Below are positions 42,430 to 51,864 of a DNA stretch of 64,000 nucleotides, one piece after another. The DNA comes from an uncultured Clostridia bacterium. GTDB lineage: Bacteria; Bacillota; Clostridia; TANB77; CAG-508. The notes under the pieces were generated by a model. It was given only the letters and a program-made list of their open reading frames with translations. It ran no database searches and was not told the origin of the DNA. The first letter of the stretch is position 1. Each line of letters begins with the position of its first letter. The position numbers and the translations under genes were made by a program. The stretch is from positions 64,417 through 128,416 of the forward strand of contig CAQPBJ010000001.1 of the NCBI GenBank assembly GCA_948852945.1, written 5' to 3'.

Positions 42430-43473
42430 ATGGATAAATATTTTGAAATCTCTGGAAGAAAAATAGGCCCAAAATACGAACCAGTAATAATTGCTGAAAT
42501 AGGAATTAACCATGGAGGTGACTTAGATGTTGCCAAAACTATGGTAGATGCAGCTTACAAGTCCGGACTCGAAATAATAAAACATCAAACACATATCCCT
42601 GAAGAAGAGATAACACCGCTTGCAAAAGAGTTAAAAATGTGTCAAAGTGAAGAATGCAATTTATATGAAACCTTAGAAAAAATTTCTTTAACAGAAGAGC
42701 AAGAAAGAGAATTGCAAAAATATGTTGAAGACAAAGGAATGATATTCATATCAGCACCGTTTTCTTTTGCTGCGGTAGATAGACTAGAAAGAATGAACAT
42801 ACCAGCATACAAAATAAGTTCTACAATGATGAACAACTATCCATTGTTAGAATATGTAGCAAGCAAAAGAAAGCCAATAATTTTATCAACAGGAATGAAT
42901 GATATGGAAGCAGTTAGAAAAGCAGTAAAAACTATAAAAAAATATCACAGTGAATTTGCCCTTTTACACTGCACAAACATATATCCAACACCAGCTGACA
43001 AGTTAAGACTAAATTCTTTAAAAGAATTTGAAGAAGCTTTTCCAAAAGGAATTATTGGATTATCAGACCATTCATTAAATAATTTTTCATCTTATGCAGC
43101 ACTAACTTTAGGTGCATCAATAATTGAAAAGCACTTTACTGATAGAGTTGATAGAACAGGACCAGATATAAAATGGTCAATGACTCCAAAAGAAGCAAAA
43201 GAATTATTAGCATTTGCAAAAGATATAAATAAAATGAAAGAAGGAAAAAAAGAAGCATTAGCAGAAGAACTAGAAGTGAGCGAAAAATTATTTAATACAG
43301 TAGTAACAAGAAGAGCAATAAGAAAAGGTTCATGCTTAACTAAAGATGATTTAACAACTAAAGGACCAAATCAATCTGGAATACCAGCAGAAGACTTATA
43401 TAAAGTTGTATGGAAAAAAGCTAAAAAAGATTTTCCTGCTGATTATCACTTAGAATGGGAAGATTTAGCATAG
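42430..43473 (+). CDS. N-acetylneuraminate/pseudaminate synthase family protein (NeuB/PseI/SpsE-like)
   Basis: IIAEIGINHGGDLDVAK start, HCTNIYPTP, C-terminal SAF-like domain. Confidence 0.8.
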   Translation: MDKYFEISGRKIGPKYEPVIIAEIGINHGGDLDVAKTMVDAAYKSGLEIIKHQTHIPEEEITPLAKELKMCQSEECNLYETLEKISLTEEQERELQKYVEDKGMIFISAPFSFAAVDRLERMNIPAYKISSTMMNNYPLLEYVASKRKPIILSTGMNDMEAVRKAVKTIKKYHSEFALLHCTNIYPTPADKLRLNSLKEFEEAFPKGIIGLSDHSLNNFSSYAALTLGASIIEKHFTDRVDRTGPDIKWSMTPKEAKELLAFAKDINKMKEGKKEALAEELEVSEKLFNTVVTRRAIRKGSCLTKDDLTTKGPNQSGIPAEDLYKVVWKKAKKDFPADYHLEWEDLA

Positions 43474-43560
43474 AATAAACAATAATAAATAAAATAAGCA
43501 AACTTGAATTACTAAAAATAGTGATTTTAGTTTGCTTTGTTATTATATAAGGAGATAAAA

Positions 43561-44079
43561 ATGAAGATAAAAACATTAATAAGCAGTGAAGAATTGCAAA
43601 AAAGAATAAAAGAAATAGGAAAACAAATAACAGAAGAATATAGAAATAAAGAAATAGTAATAATTTGTATATTAAGAGGAGCTGTATATTTTGCTACAGA
43701 TTTAACTAAATATATAGATAGTAATAATTTAATAATGGAATTCATGCAAGTATCAAGTTATGGTAATATGAAAGAATCAACAGGAGAACTAAAAATAAAA
43801 AAAGATTTAGATGTAAATATAGAAGGAAAAAATGTAATAATAGTAGAAGATATAATTGATAGCGGATTTACGATGTTAAATTTAAAAAAATATTTGATAT
43901 CTAAAAAACCAGAAAGCTTAAAAGTATGCACATTATTAGATAAAAAAGACAGAAGAAAAGTAGAAATAGAAGCAGATTATATTGGATTTGAAATTCCAAA
44001 TAAATTTGTGTTAGGATATGGATTAGACTATGAGGAATATTACAGAAATTTACCATATATAGCATATAGTGAGGATTAA
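43561..44079 (+). CDS. hpt: Hypoxanthine phosphoribosyltransferase
   Basis: ILRGAVYF and the VIIVEDIIDSGFT PRPP-binding motif. Confidence 0.9.
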   Translation: MKIKTLISSEELQKRIKEIGKQITEEYRNKEIVIICILRGAVYFATDLTKYIDSNNLIMEFMQVSSYGNMKESTGELKIKKDLDVNIEGKNVIIVEDIIDSGFTMLNLKKYLISKKPESLKVCTLLDKKDRRKVEIEADYIGFEIPNKFVLGYGLDYEEYYRNLPYIAYSED

Positions 44080-44080
44080 A

Positions 44081-45868
44081 ATGTTTGATATAGAAGCAGA
44101 AATAAAAAAATTGCCACATAGACCAGGCGTTTATATAATGAGAAATAAAAACGATGAAATTATATATGTAGGAAAAGCAATATCATTAAAAAATAGAGTA
44201 ACCCAATACTTTAGAAAAACAAATAAAACTCAAAGAATAAAAAATATGGTTTCATTAATTGATCATTTTGAATATATAGTATGTGATAATGAAGCAGAAG
44301 CATTAATATTAGAATGTAATTTAATAAAAGAAAATAGACCAAAATTTAATGTGCTATTAAAAGACGACAAAACATATCCATATATAAGAATTGGGATGAA
44401 AGAAGAATATCCAAGTATATTTATAACAAGAAAAATTCAAAATGATGGGGCAAAATATTTTGGACCATATGCAAATCCAGGTGCGGCAAGAGAAATGCTA
44501 AACTTTATAAAAGAAAAATTTCAAATAAGACAATGTAGAACCTTCAAATCGAATGATAGAGCTTGCTTAAACTATCACATAAAAAAATGTTTGGCACCAT
44601 GTATGAAATATATTTCAAGAGATGAATATATGATACAAATAAACCAAATTATAATGCTATTAGAAGGAAAAACATCTAAAATAATAAAAGAATTAGAAGA
44701 AGAAATGAAACAAGCATCAGAAAAATTAGATTTCGAAAAAGCAGCGAACTTAAGAGATAGAATATCTGCAATTGAAAGAATTTCAGCAAAACAAAAAGTT
44801 TCAAATATATCAGAAAATAATATAGATGTAATAGGAATATATAAAAATGAATTATCTGTTTGCATAGAGATCTTTTTTGTACGTGGAAGTAAAATGATAG
44901 ATAGAGAGCATTACTTCTTTGATGATTTAAAAGACATGGAGCAAAAAGAAATAATATCAGGTTTTATAAAACAATACTATATCGGAAAATTAGAATTTCC
45001 AAATAAAATAATGATACAAGAAGAAATTGAAGATAAAGAATTATTAGAAGAATGGCTTTCAAATTCAGCAAATAGAAAAGTAGAAATAAAAGCACCACAA
45101 AAAGGAGAAAAACTTAGATTTGTGGAAATGGCAGAAAACAATGCTAAAATAACATTGGAAAACAAATCAAAAGATAAGTTTGAAATATTAAATGAACTAA
45201 AAGAAATATTAGATTTAGAAAAATTACCACATAAAATAGAAACTTTTGATATATCAAATATTTCAGGAACACATATAGTAGCAGGAATGTGTGTAGCAGT
45301 AGATGGAGTCATAAAAAGAAATATGACAAGAAGATTTAGAATAAAAACAGTATTTGGTCAAGATGATCCAAGATGTACAGAAGAAGTTGTAACAAGAAGA
45401 ATAAAACATTCAATAGAAAATCCTAAAGGTGGATTTGGAACATTGCCAGACTTAATACTAGCAGATGGTGGAATAACTCAAATAAAAGCTATAAAAAGAG
45501 CATTAAAGGAATATGAATTAGATGAAACAATACCAGTATATGGAATGGTAAAAGATGATAAACACTCAACTAGAGCTTTAGTAAATGAAAACAAAAAAGA
45601 ATATGAAATTTCAGATAACTTATTTTTCTTTATAACAAATTTACAAAATGAAGTTCATAATACAGCAATAGAATATCACAGAAAATTAAGAGAACAAGCA
45701 ATGACAAAATCAGAATTAGACGATATTGAAGGAATAGGAAAAGCAAAAAGAGAAGCGCTGTTAAAAGAATTTGGAACAATTGAAAAAATAAAGTCAGCAA
45801 GTATAGAAGAATTGACTACAGTAAAAGGCATTACCAGACAAATAGCAGAAAAAATTAAAAGTTTATAA
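44081..45868 (+). CDS. uvrC: Excinuclease ABC subunit C
   Basis: GIY-YIG (PGVYIMRN..IIYVGKA), UVR domain, C-terminal (HhH)2. Confidence 0.94.
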   Translation: MFDIEAEIKKLPHRPGVYIMRNKNDEIIYVGKAISLKNRVTQYFRKTNKTQRIKNMVSLIDHFEYIVCDNEAEALILECNLIKENRPKFNVLLKDDKTYPYIRIGMKEEYPSIFITRKIQNDGAKYFGPYANPGAAREMLNFIKEKFQIRQCRTFKSNDRACLNYHIKKCLAPCMKYISRDEYMIQINQIIMLLEGKTSKIIKELEEEMKQASEKLDFEKAANLRDRISAIERISAKQKVSNISENNIDVIGIYKNELSVCIEIFFVRGSKMIDREHYFFDDLKDMEQKEIISGFIKQYYIGKLEFPNKIMIQEEIEDKELLEEWLSNSANRKVEIKAPQKGEKLRFVEMAENNAKITLENKSKDKFEILNELKEILDLEKLPHKIETFDISNISGTHIVAGMCVAVDGVIKRNMTRRFRIKTVFGQDDPRCTEEVVTRRIKHSIENPKGGFGTLPDLILADGGITQIKAIKRALKEYELDETIPVYGMVKDDKHSTRALVNENKKEYEISDNLFFFITNLQNEVHNTAIEYHRKLREQAMTKSELDDIEGIGKAKREALLKEFGTIEKIKSASIEELTTVKGITRQIAEKIKSL

Positions 45869-45872
45869 AAAA

Positions 45873-45908
45873 TATGCAGATTAAATTTATTTAATCTGTA
45901 TATTTTTT
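45873..45908 (+). terminator. Intrinsic terminator after uvrC
   Basis: ATGCAGATTAAA-TTTA-TTTAATCTGTAT + TTTTT. Confidence 0.75.
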
Positions 45909-46050
45909 ACTCTGAACAGTGCGTAAATAAAGGAAAATCGTTGACCAATTTACATAATGATGATATAATGAATTCAACGATTGTGAATGCACGAGCAGAA
46001 GTAACTTATTAACAAAGCAGAACGAAAAATAACAATGGGAGGTCATCAAA

Positions 46051-46566
46051 ATGATGAAACGATTCAGTAAGGTAGTCATGTTCGTGGTCTTGGCGGCTGT
46101 ATTCGCCGGGATATTTATGATTGTGGCCACTGTGCCGCAAATGGTTGTTGAGGTCTGGAAGTATATGAGTATTGATCTCGGCTACAAGTGGGTGATTAAC
46201 ATGCTGGTAGGCTTTTTGGCTGCCATCGCTGTTAATGTCATCTGCAGCAGAGCAGGATGGGGAAAAGTAGGAACGGTAGTATTGGCAATTGTCGTCATGC
46301 TGGTAGTTATAGTAGCTTTCGAATGTGTCGTCTGGCACCCGAAGGAATTTGGAGGAATGATAGCAAGCAAGCTGTCGCCTACCAAAATTATCTATATGCT
46401 ACTGGGCATCTTGGCGTCAATGTTCTCATACGTCGTTGTCGAAATATCCCAGAAAGCTCCGACAGAGCAGAGAGACAATCCTCAGCCACAACCCAGACAG
46501 GCTTCTGGACAGGGGGCAGGTTCACGTGAACCCCGTAGCGGAAGAAATGATCCGATGAAGGACTAA
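46051..46566 (+). CDS. Hypothetical integral membrane protein (high-GC cassette H)
   Basis: TTGACC-17-TG-A-TATAAT promoter (45941-45969), GGGAGG SD. About 4 predicted TM helices and a Pro/Gln/Arg-rich tail. Terminator at 46601-46636. Confidence 0.5.
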   Translation: MMKRFSKVVMFVVLAAVFAGIFMIVATVPQMVVEVWKYMSIDLGYKWVINMLVGFLAAIAVNVICSRAGWGKVGTVVLAIVVMLVVIVAFECVVWHPKEFGGMIASKLSPTKIIYMLLGILASMFSYVVVEISQKAPTEQRDNPQPQPRQASGQGAGSREPRSGRNDPMKD

Positions 46567-46600
46567 TGAAAGATGGAAACACGCTTTCACAATCAAAAAG

Positions 46601-46636
46601 ATGAGTCTGCCGGTAAAACGGCAGACTCATTGATTT
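46601..46636 (+). terminator. Intrinsic terminator of cassette H
   Basis: ATGAGTCTGCCG-GTAAAA-CGGCAGACTCAT + TGATTT. Confidence 0.75.
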
Positions 46637-46739
46637 ATATATAAAATATTTGTTATAATATAAAAAGTAATAAAAAGTATGCATGTTTCTTTTTATCTTG
46701 AATATACATATATAAAGTAAGATAAAAGGAGACAAGCAA

Positions 46740-46847
46740 ATGATAAAAAATAAAATTATTAAAATAACATGTATATTAACAGGAGTATTTATAGTTATAA
46801 ATTCAGTGCTAATTTATAATTTTTGCAAGTTAATAAGCATGCTATAA
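46740..46847 (+). CDS. Possible 35-aa hydrophobic peptide
   Basis: AAAGGAGA SD 7 nt upstream. My translation is MIKNKIIKITCILTGVFIVINSVLIYNFCKLISML. Below the ORF-track cut-off. Confidence 0.3.
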   Translation: MIKNKIIKITCILTGVFIVINSVLIYNFCKLISML

Positions 46848-46869
46848 GTTATCTAGAAAGGATACAACT

Positions 46870-47730
46870 ATGAATATAGCAAATGAGTGGAAAGAATATG
46901 AAATAATAGATATGGCAAATGGAGAAAAACTAGAAAGATGGGGGAATTTTATTTTAGTACGACCAGATCCACAAATTATTTGGAAAAATAAAAGCTTTCC
47001 AAATGAATGGAAAAAAGCAAATGCAAAATATACTAGAAGCAATACTGGTGGAGGAGGTTGGGACTATCAAAAAAGACTTCCAGAAAGCTGGCAAGTAAAG
47101 TATAAAAACTTAACTTTTAACATAAAACCGATGGGATTTAAACATACAGGACTATTTCCAGAGCAAGCTGTAAATTGGGATTGGATGATAAATAAAATAA
47201 AAAATTCAGGAAGAGAAATAAAAGTATTAAATTTATTTGCATATACAGGAGGAGCAACAGTAGCATGCCTTTCAGCCGGTGCATCAGTATGCCATGTAGA
47301 TAGTTCTAAAGGAATGACAACTTGGGCAAAAGAAAATGTTGAAAGCTCAGGACTAAGAAATAGACCAGTAAGATTTATAATTGATGATGTAATAAAATTT
47401 GTACAAAGAGAAATAAGAAGAGGAAACAAATATGATGCAATAGTAATGGATCCACCATCATACGGCAGAGGAAAAAATGGAGAAGTATGGCAATTTGAGA
47501 ATAATATATCTGACTTAGTTGAACTATGTATACAAATATTAAGCGATAATCCACTATTTTTCTTAATCAATTCTTATACAACAGGAATATCATCAAAAGT
47601 ACTAGAAAATTTATTAGAACTTAATATGAAAAAATATAAAGGAAAAATAAGTTCAGGAGAAATAGGACTGCCAATGAAAAATTCAAAATTAGTATTACCA
47701 TGTGGAATATATGGTAGATGGGAAAATTAA
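46870..47730 (+). CDS. Class I SAM-dependent methyltransferase (RlmI/RlmK catalytic-domain-like)
   Basis: VLNLFAYTGGATVA SAM motif and the DPPSYGRG motif typical of this rRNA m5C/m7G-type MTase family. Confidence 0.7.
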   Translation: MNIANEWKEYEIIDMANGEKLERWGNFILVRPDPQIIWKNKSFPNEWKKANAKYTRSNTGGGGWDYQKRLPESWQVKYKNLTFNIKPMGFKHTGLFPEQAVNWDWMINKIKNSGREIKVLNLFAYTGGATVACLSAGASVCHVDSSKGMTTWAKENVESSGLRNRPVRFIIDDVIKFVQREIRRGNKYDAIVMDPPSYGRGKNGEVWQFENNISDLVELCIQILSDNPLFFLINSYTTGISSKVLENLLELNMKKYKGKISSGEIGLPMKNSKLVLPCGIYGRWEN

Positions 47731-47733
47731 AAA

Positions 47734-47778
47734 AGAATACGGCACCCAATATAAAAAAGGGTGTCGTATCTTTTTTGA
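47734..47778. terminator. Bidirectional terminator between the methyltransferase gene and cassette I
   Basis: AAAAGAATACGGCACCC-...-GGGTGTCGTATCTTTTTT. Confidence 0.8.
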
Positions 47779-47792
47779 AAATTCAAAAACAC

Positions 47793-48335
47793 TTAATCTT
47801 CGGGATTCACAGACTGTAAAAACTGTCTAATAAAAAAATCCAGTTCTAATTCCTCATGTGCATGACCAACAATAAACGTCAAATCCAACAACTTTTGGCG
47901 CCTTTCCGCAATGTCCTCATCGTACTGCCTTTGAATCTGAGAATATGTCATGGGAAGCGGACCTTTTTCGTATGTGCGAGCATATTCAGAAAAGCTGACA
48001 AACAAATAGTGATTTACAACATTCATATAGTCATCCTCCGAAGAGAAGACGATAATTGGAGTTGTAATTTCATTCTGTAACATCTGCCAAATGAATTTGC
48101 CACCAGCATCCGGAGTAGGCATGCGGCATCTTCCACCAATGAGCTCTCTTGACATATAGAAATTAAGATCCAGAATGATCAGATCAATGTTCTTAATGTT
48201 ATCAGGCTCATAGACGAAATCCAAAGCTTCCTCACAGTTGTCAAAATGGACATATTCGGTTATATCGTGGCGCTTCAATACCTCTATAGCGTCTTGAAAT
48301 TTGAACCGGTTGTCCTCAATGATTAATGCTTTCAT
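47793..48335 (-). CDS. Orphan receiver (REC)-domain protein with an uncharacterised C-terminal region (high-GC cassette I)
   Basis: MKALIIEDN...DLIILDLNF...IIVFSS receiver pattern. No recognisable output domain. GC-rich. Confidence 0.55.
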   Translation of the reverse strand: MKALIIEDNRFKFQDAIEVLKRHDITEYVHFDNCEEALDFVYEPDNIKNIDLIILDLNFYMSRELIGGRCRMPTPDAGGKFIWQMLQNEITTPIIVFSSEDDYMNVVNHYLFVSFSEYARTYEKGPLPMTYSQIQRQYDEDIAERRQKLLDLTFIVGHAHEELELDFFIRQFLQSVNPED

Positions 48336-48494
48336 ATAGGTAATACCTCCTAGTATATGAAATATAGCTTGAAAGTGTCGCTAACATTATATTATAAAAA
48401 TACGTAAAATTCAATATACTCAGGGTTTATAGAAAATAGTAGTAGATAAAAAATGAAAATTATGATAGAATTTCAAAATAAAGAGAGGAAAAAT

Positions 48495-49187
48495 ATGATA
48501 GATTTAAAAGTATTGTATGAAGATAACCACATAATAGTTGTAGAAAAACCAATAAATATACCATCACAAGGAGATAAAACTGGTGATGAAGATATGTTAA
48601 GCATTATTAAAAAATACTTAATTGAAAAATATAATAAGCCAGGAGATGCATATTTAGGTTTAGTGCATAGGCTAGATAGACCAACAGGAGGAGTAATGGT
48701 ATTTGCCAAAACCTCTAAAGCTGCATCAAGATTAAGCGAGCAAGTAAGAGAAAAAGAATTTGAAAAAGAATATATATGTATAGTAGATGGAAAATTAGAA
48801 AACAAACAAGGAATACTAGAAGATTATTTAATTAAAAACGAAAAGAATAATTTAAGTAAAGTAACAGCTGAAAAAAATAAAAACGCAAAACTAGCTAAAT
48901 TAGAATATGAAGTTTTAAAATATAACGAAGAAACTGATTTATCATTAATAAAAGTTAAACTACATACAGGTAGACACCATCAAATAAGAGTACAATTTTC
49001 TAGTAGAAATCATAGCTTATATGGTGATCAAAAGTATGGAACTAGAGGAAGAGGAAAACAGTTATGCTTATGGGCATATAAATTATCTTTTAAGCATCCT
49101 GTAACTAAAGAAAAATTAGAATTTATAGATTATCCAGAAATAACAGGAAGTTGGATAATTTTAGAAGATACAAATACGAATAAATGA
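48495..49187 (+). CDS. RluA-family pseudouridine synthase
   Basis: HRLDRPTGGVMVFAK catalytic motif. Start set at ATG 48495 after a GAGAGGA SD. Confidence 0.85.
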   Translation: MIDLKVLYEDNHIIVVEKPINIPSQGDKTGDEDMLSIIKKYLIEKYNKPGDAYLGLVHRLDRPTGGVMVFAKTSKAASRLSEQVREKEFEKEYICIVDGKLENKQGILEDYLIKNEKNNLSKVTAEKNKNAKLAKLEYEVLKYNEETDLSLIKVKLHTGRHHQIRVQFSSRNHSLYGDQKYGTRGRGKQLCLWAYKLSFKHPVTKEKLEFIDYPEITGSWIILEDTNTNK

Positions 49188-49192
49188 TTATA

Positions 49193-49231
49193 TAAAACAG
49201 ATAGCATATTATATAATATACTATCTGTTTT
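49193..49231. terminator. Bidirectional terminator between the rluA-family gene and the histidine kinase gene
   Basis: AAACAGATAG-CATATTATATAATATA-CTATCTGTTT. Confidence 0.7.
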
Positions 49232-49237
49232 CATATA

Positions 49238-50590
49238 TTAATAATAAATTTTCATTTGATGTCTGAAAAAATTGTTATTTACTGAGGTATTAAGTGAAAT
49301 ATTATCATATTTTTTCAAAATATTTTTAACTTTCCATAGACCTAATCCGGTATTTTTAGGTTTGGTAGAAAAATTCTTTTCGAAAATTTTATTTGTATCA
49401 ATACTATTCAAATTACAAGAATTTTCAACAGTAATTAAATCGAAATGATTACGAAAATCTTTAGAAAGCATAATGTTAATAACTTTTTTAGAGGATTGAC
49501 TAGCAGCTTCAATACTATTATCAAGAAAAATACCAAGAATTCTAGTAAATTCATAAATATCCATATTTAAGTCATTTAAATCAATAAATACATCAATATT
49601 AAATTCAATACCTAAGTCAGCAGCTTTGTAATATTTTTCAGCAACAATAGACAAAACTGGAGGACTATTTAAAACGTCCTTATTAAAAATAGATAATTTA
49701 TGTAATTCTGAACAATCTTTAAAAACACTAGAATAATATTCTTTAAGACCAGGCAAGTCATCAGTTAATATATATCCGCCAATGGCTTGCATAATATTAG
49801 AAAAGTCATGCTTAAAACCTCTCACACAATCATAAGAATTTGAAAGGAAATTATAAGATTTCTTTTCATAATCAATAGTATTTTCAGCATATTTTAAATC
49901 AAAAATTTTAATCACTAGAGTAACTAATAAAGCAATTAAAAATAAATTAGAAATTATAAAAACAATAACAGTATTTTTTACTGAATACGCATAAATAAAA
50001 TTATAATTCATCAAAACAGAAATAAAAGTACAAATCGAAAATGTATTAATAATAAGTTTACTAGAAAAATCTAATTCAAAAGAAAAAGATTTTGAAAAAT
50101 TCATCTTTTTTAAATAATCTAAAAGTACAAACATAATAAAATAAGTAGGAAGAACAATAAGAGGTCTAACTATAGGTATATTAATCAAAGTTAAAGGTGA
50201 TATGTTTGAAAAGTATGATATGGCAAAAACAAAAGCAGATGTTATAAGCTGAAAAAAAGTTAAAGGTATAACTAAAATAAACATTTTTTGTGTAAATCCA
50301 ATTTTAAATAAAAGACTAATTCCTATAAAAGTTATAAAAATAGTTATTATAGGAAGTACAACAATTGGGAAAAGAATAATTGTTAAAACTTCTAATAAAA
50401 AGCAAAAAGATAAAAATAAAATAGATTTTATTTTTGAAAAATGTAAATTAAAAATATGAACTAAAAATATTTTATAAATAATTAATTCTAAAAAGACTAT
50501 AAAAACAGATATCACTTTAGTCAAAAAAACATTTTTCATTAGTATAATTTCCATAATAACCTCCTTAGTAATATTACCATTTTTTGGCAA
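49238..50590 (-). CDS. AgrC/LytS-type GHKL sensor histidine kinase, multi-TM
   Basis: About 6-7 N-terminal TM helices, H-box-like FKHDFSN, C-terminal ATP-binding region (NTGLGLW). The exact start is uncertain. Confidence 0.7.
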   Translation of the reverse strand: MPKNGNITKEVIMEIILMKNVFLTKVISVFIVFLELIIYKIFLVHIFNLHFSKIKSILFLSFCFLLEVLTIILFPIVVLPIITIFITFIGISLLFKIGFTQKMFILVIPLTFFQLITSAFVFAISYFSNISPLTLINIPIVRPLIVLPTYFIMFVLLDYLKKMNFSKSFSFELDFSSKLIINTFSICTFISVLMNYNFIYAYSVKNTVIVFIISNLFLIALLVTLVIKIFDLKYAENTIDYEKKSYNFLSNSYDCVRGFKHDFSNIMQAIGGYILTDDLPGLKEYYSSVFKDCSELHKLSIFNKDVLNSPPVLSIVAEKYYKAADLGIEFNIDVFIDLNDLNMDIYEFTRILGIFLDNSIEAASQSSKKVINIMLSKDFRNHFDLITVENSCNLNSIDTNKIFEKNFSTKPKNTGLGLWKVKNILKKYDNISLNTSVNNNFFRHQMKIYY

Positions 50591-50712
50591 TGTAACAATA
50601 ACTATAAATTAAAATAAGTGCGAAGTCAAGAGAAAATTGTAAAAAAATGTAAAAACAAAAAGTTCTAAAGAAAAGAAAGAGTAATAAACATAGGAGTAAT
50701 GGAGGTTATATT

Positions 50713-51492
50713 ATGAATAAAAAAATTTTGATTATGCTAACACTGATAGTTTTTATGATAAGTTTTATAACAGTAAGTATGAGTAATAAAACAAAAGCAA
50801 CAGATATAAATCAAAAGATTTGTTGGGGAATAAAAAGAAATGATAATCATGAACAACCAGATTTAGGAAAAGAAAACACTGAATTAATAAAAAAGTATAA
50901 TGGAATAGCAATGGGAAATAAAGAAAGTAAAAATATATATTTAACATTTGACTTAGGATATGAAGCTGGGTATACAGAAAAAATATTAGATGTGCTAAAA
51001 GAAAATGATGTAAAAGCTTGTTTTTTTATAACAGCTCACTACTTTAATACACATAGCGAATTAGTAAAAAGAATGATTGAAGAAGGACATGATGTAGGAA
51101 ATCATACAGTAAATCACAAAAGCTTACCAGAAATACAGGAAGAGGAAGTAAAAAAAGAAGTAATGAATTTACATACAGCAATATACGAAGCATTTGGATA
51201 TGAAATGAAATATATAAGACCGCCCAAAGGAGAATACAGTGAAAAAACACTACAAATCTGTAATGAATTAAATTATCAAACAATAATGTGGTCTTTCGCC
51301 TATGATGACTGGGAAGAAAATAAACAAGGCAGAGAAGAATATGGAAAAGAAAAAATATTAAACAATCTTCATAATGGAGAAGTAATGTTATTACACGGAA
51401 CATCAAAAGATAACATGAACATTTTAGATGAATGCATAAAAAAGACAAAAGAACAAGGCTATGAATTTAAAAAGCTAGAAGAATTTGAATAA
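50713..51492 (+). CDS. Polysaccharide deacetylase (PdaA-like delta-lactam-biosynthetic de-N-acetylase)
   Basis: Signal/TM, then a NodB domain (LTFDLGYE...FFITAHY...GNHTVNH). Confidence 0.75.
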   Translation: MNKKILIMLTLIVFMISFITVSMSNKTKATDINQKICWGIKRNDNHEQPDLGKENTELIKKYNGIAMGNKESKNIYLTFDLGYEAGYTEKILDVLKENDVKACFFITAHYFNTHSELVKRMIEEGHDVGNHTVNHKSLPEIQEEEVKKEVMNLHTAIYEAFGYEMKYIRPPKGEYSEKTLQICNELNYQTIMWSFAYDDWEENKQGREEYGKEKILNNLHNGEVMLLHGTSKDNMNILDECIKKTKEQGYEFKKLEEFE

Positions 51493-51600
51493 TAAAACGA
51501 ATTATATAATTAGGAATGTAAGTATAAATTTCAATTATATAAAAAGATAAGTACTAAATTACCTCTTTAAAGAATATATATTATTTAGAGAGGTAATTTT

Positions 51601-51864
51601 ATGAATTTTAATAAAGTAAATGAAATATTAGATATGCCAAAAGAAGTTGGCACTAATATACCAAAAGTAACTTTAACAGGATTTGAAGAAATAGTAATAG
51701 AAAATTATAAAGGAATATTAGAATACGAAGAATTCTTTATAAGAATATGCACACATATAGGAAACATAAATATAAATGGATTTGGCTTAAAACTAAATCA
51801 AATAACAGATGAAGCTGTTAGTATAACAGGAAAAATAGAAAATTTTGATTTTGAACGCAGGTGA
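51601..51864 (+). CDS. yqfC: Sporulation protein YqfC
   Basis: LTGFEEIVIENYKGILEYEE pattern, YabP/YqfC family. Followed by yqfD. Confidence 0.78.
   Translation: MNFNKVNEILDMPKEVGTNIPKVTLTGFEEIVIENYKGILEYEEFFIRICTHIGNININGFGLKLNQITDEAVSITGKIENFDFERR

Noticed and set aside
46009-46735. Overlapping ORFs 46009-46338(-), 46182-46385(-), 46257-46529(+) and 46388-46735(-) in cassette H.
   Set aside because: Only 46051-46566(+) has a promoter, an SD, a terminator and a coherent TM-helix pattern. The others are GC-driven open frames.
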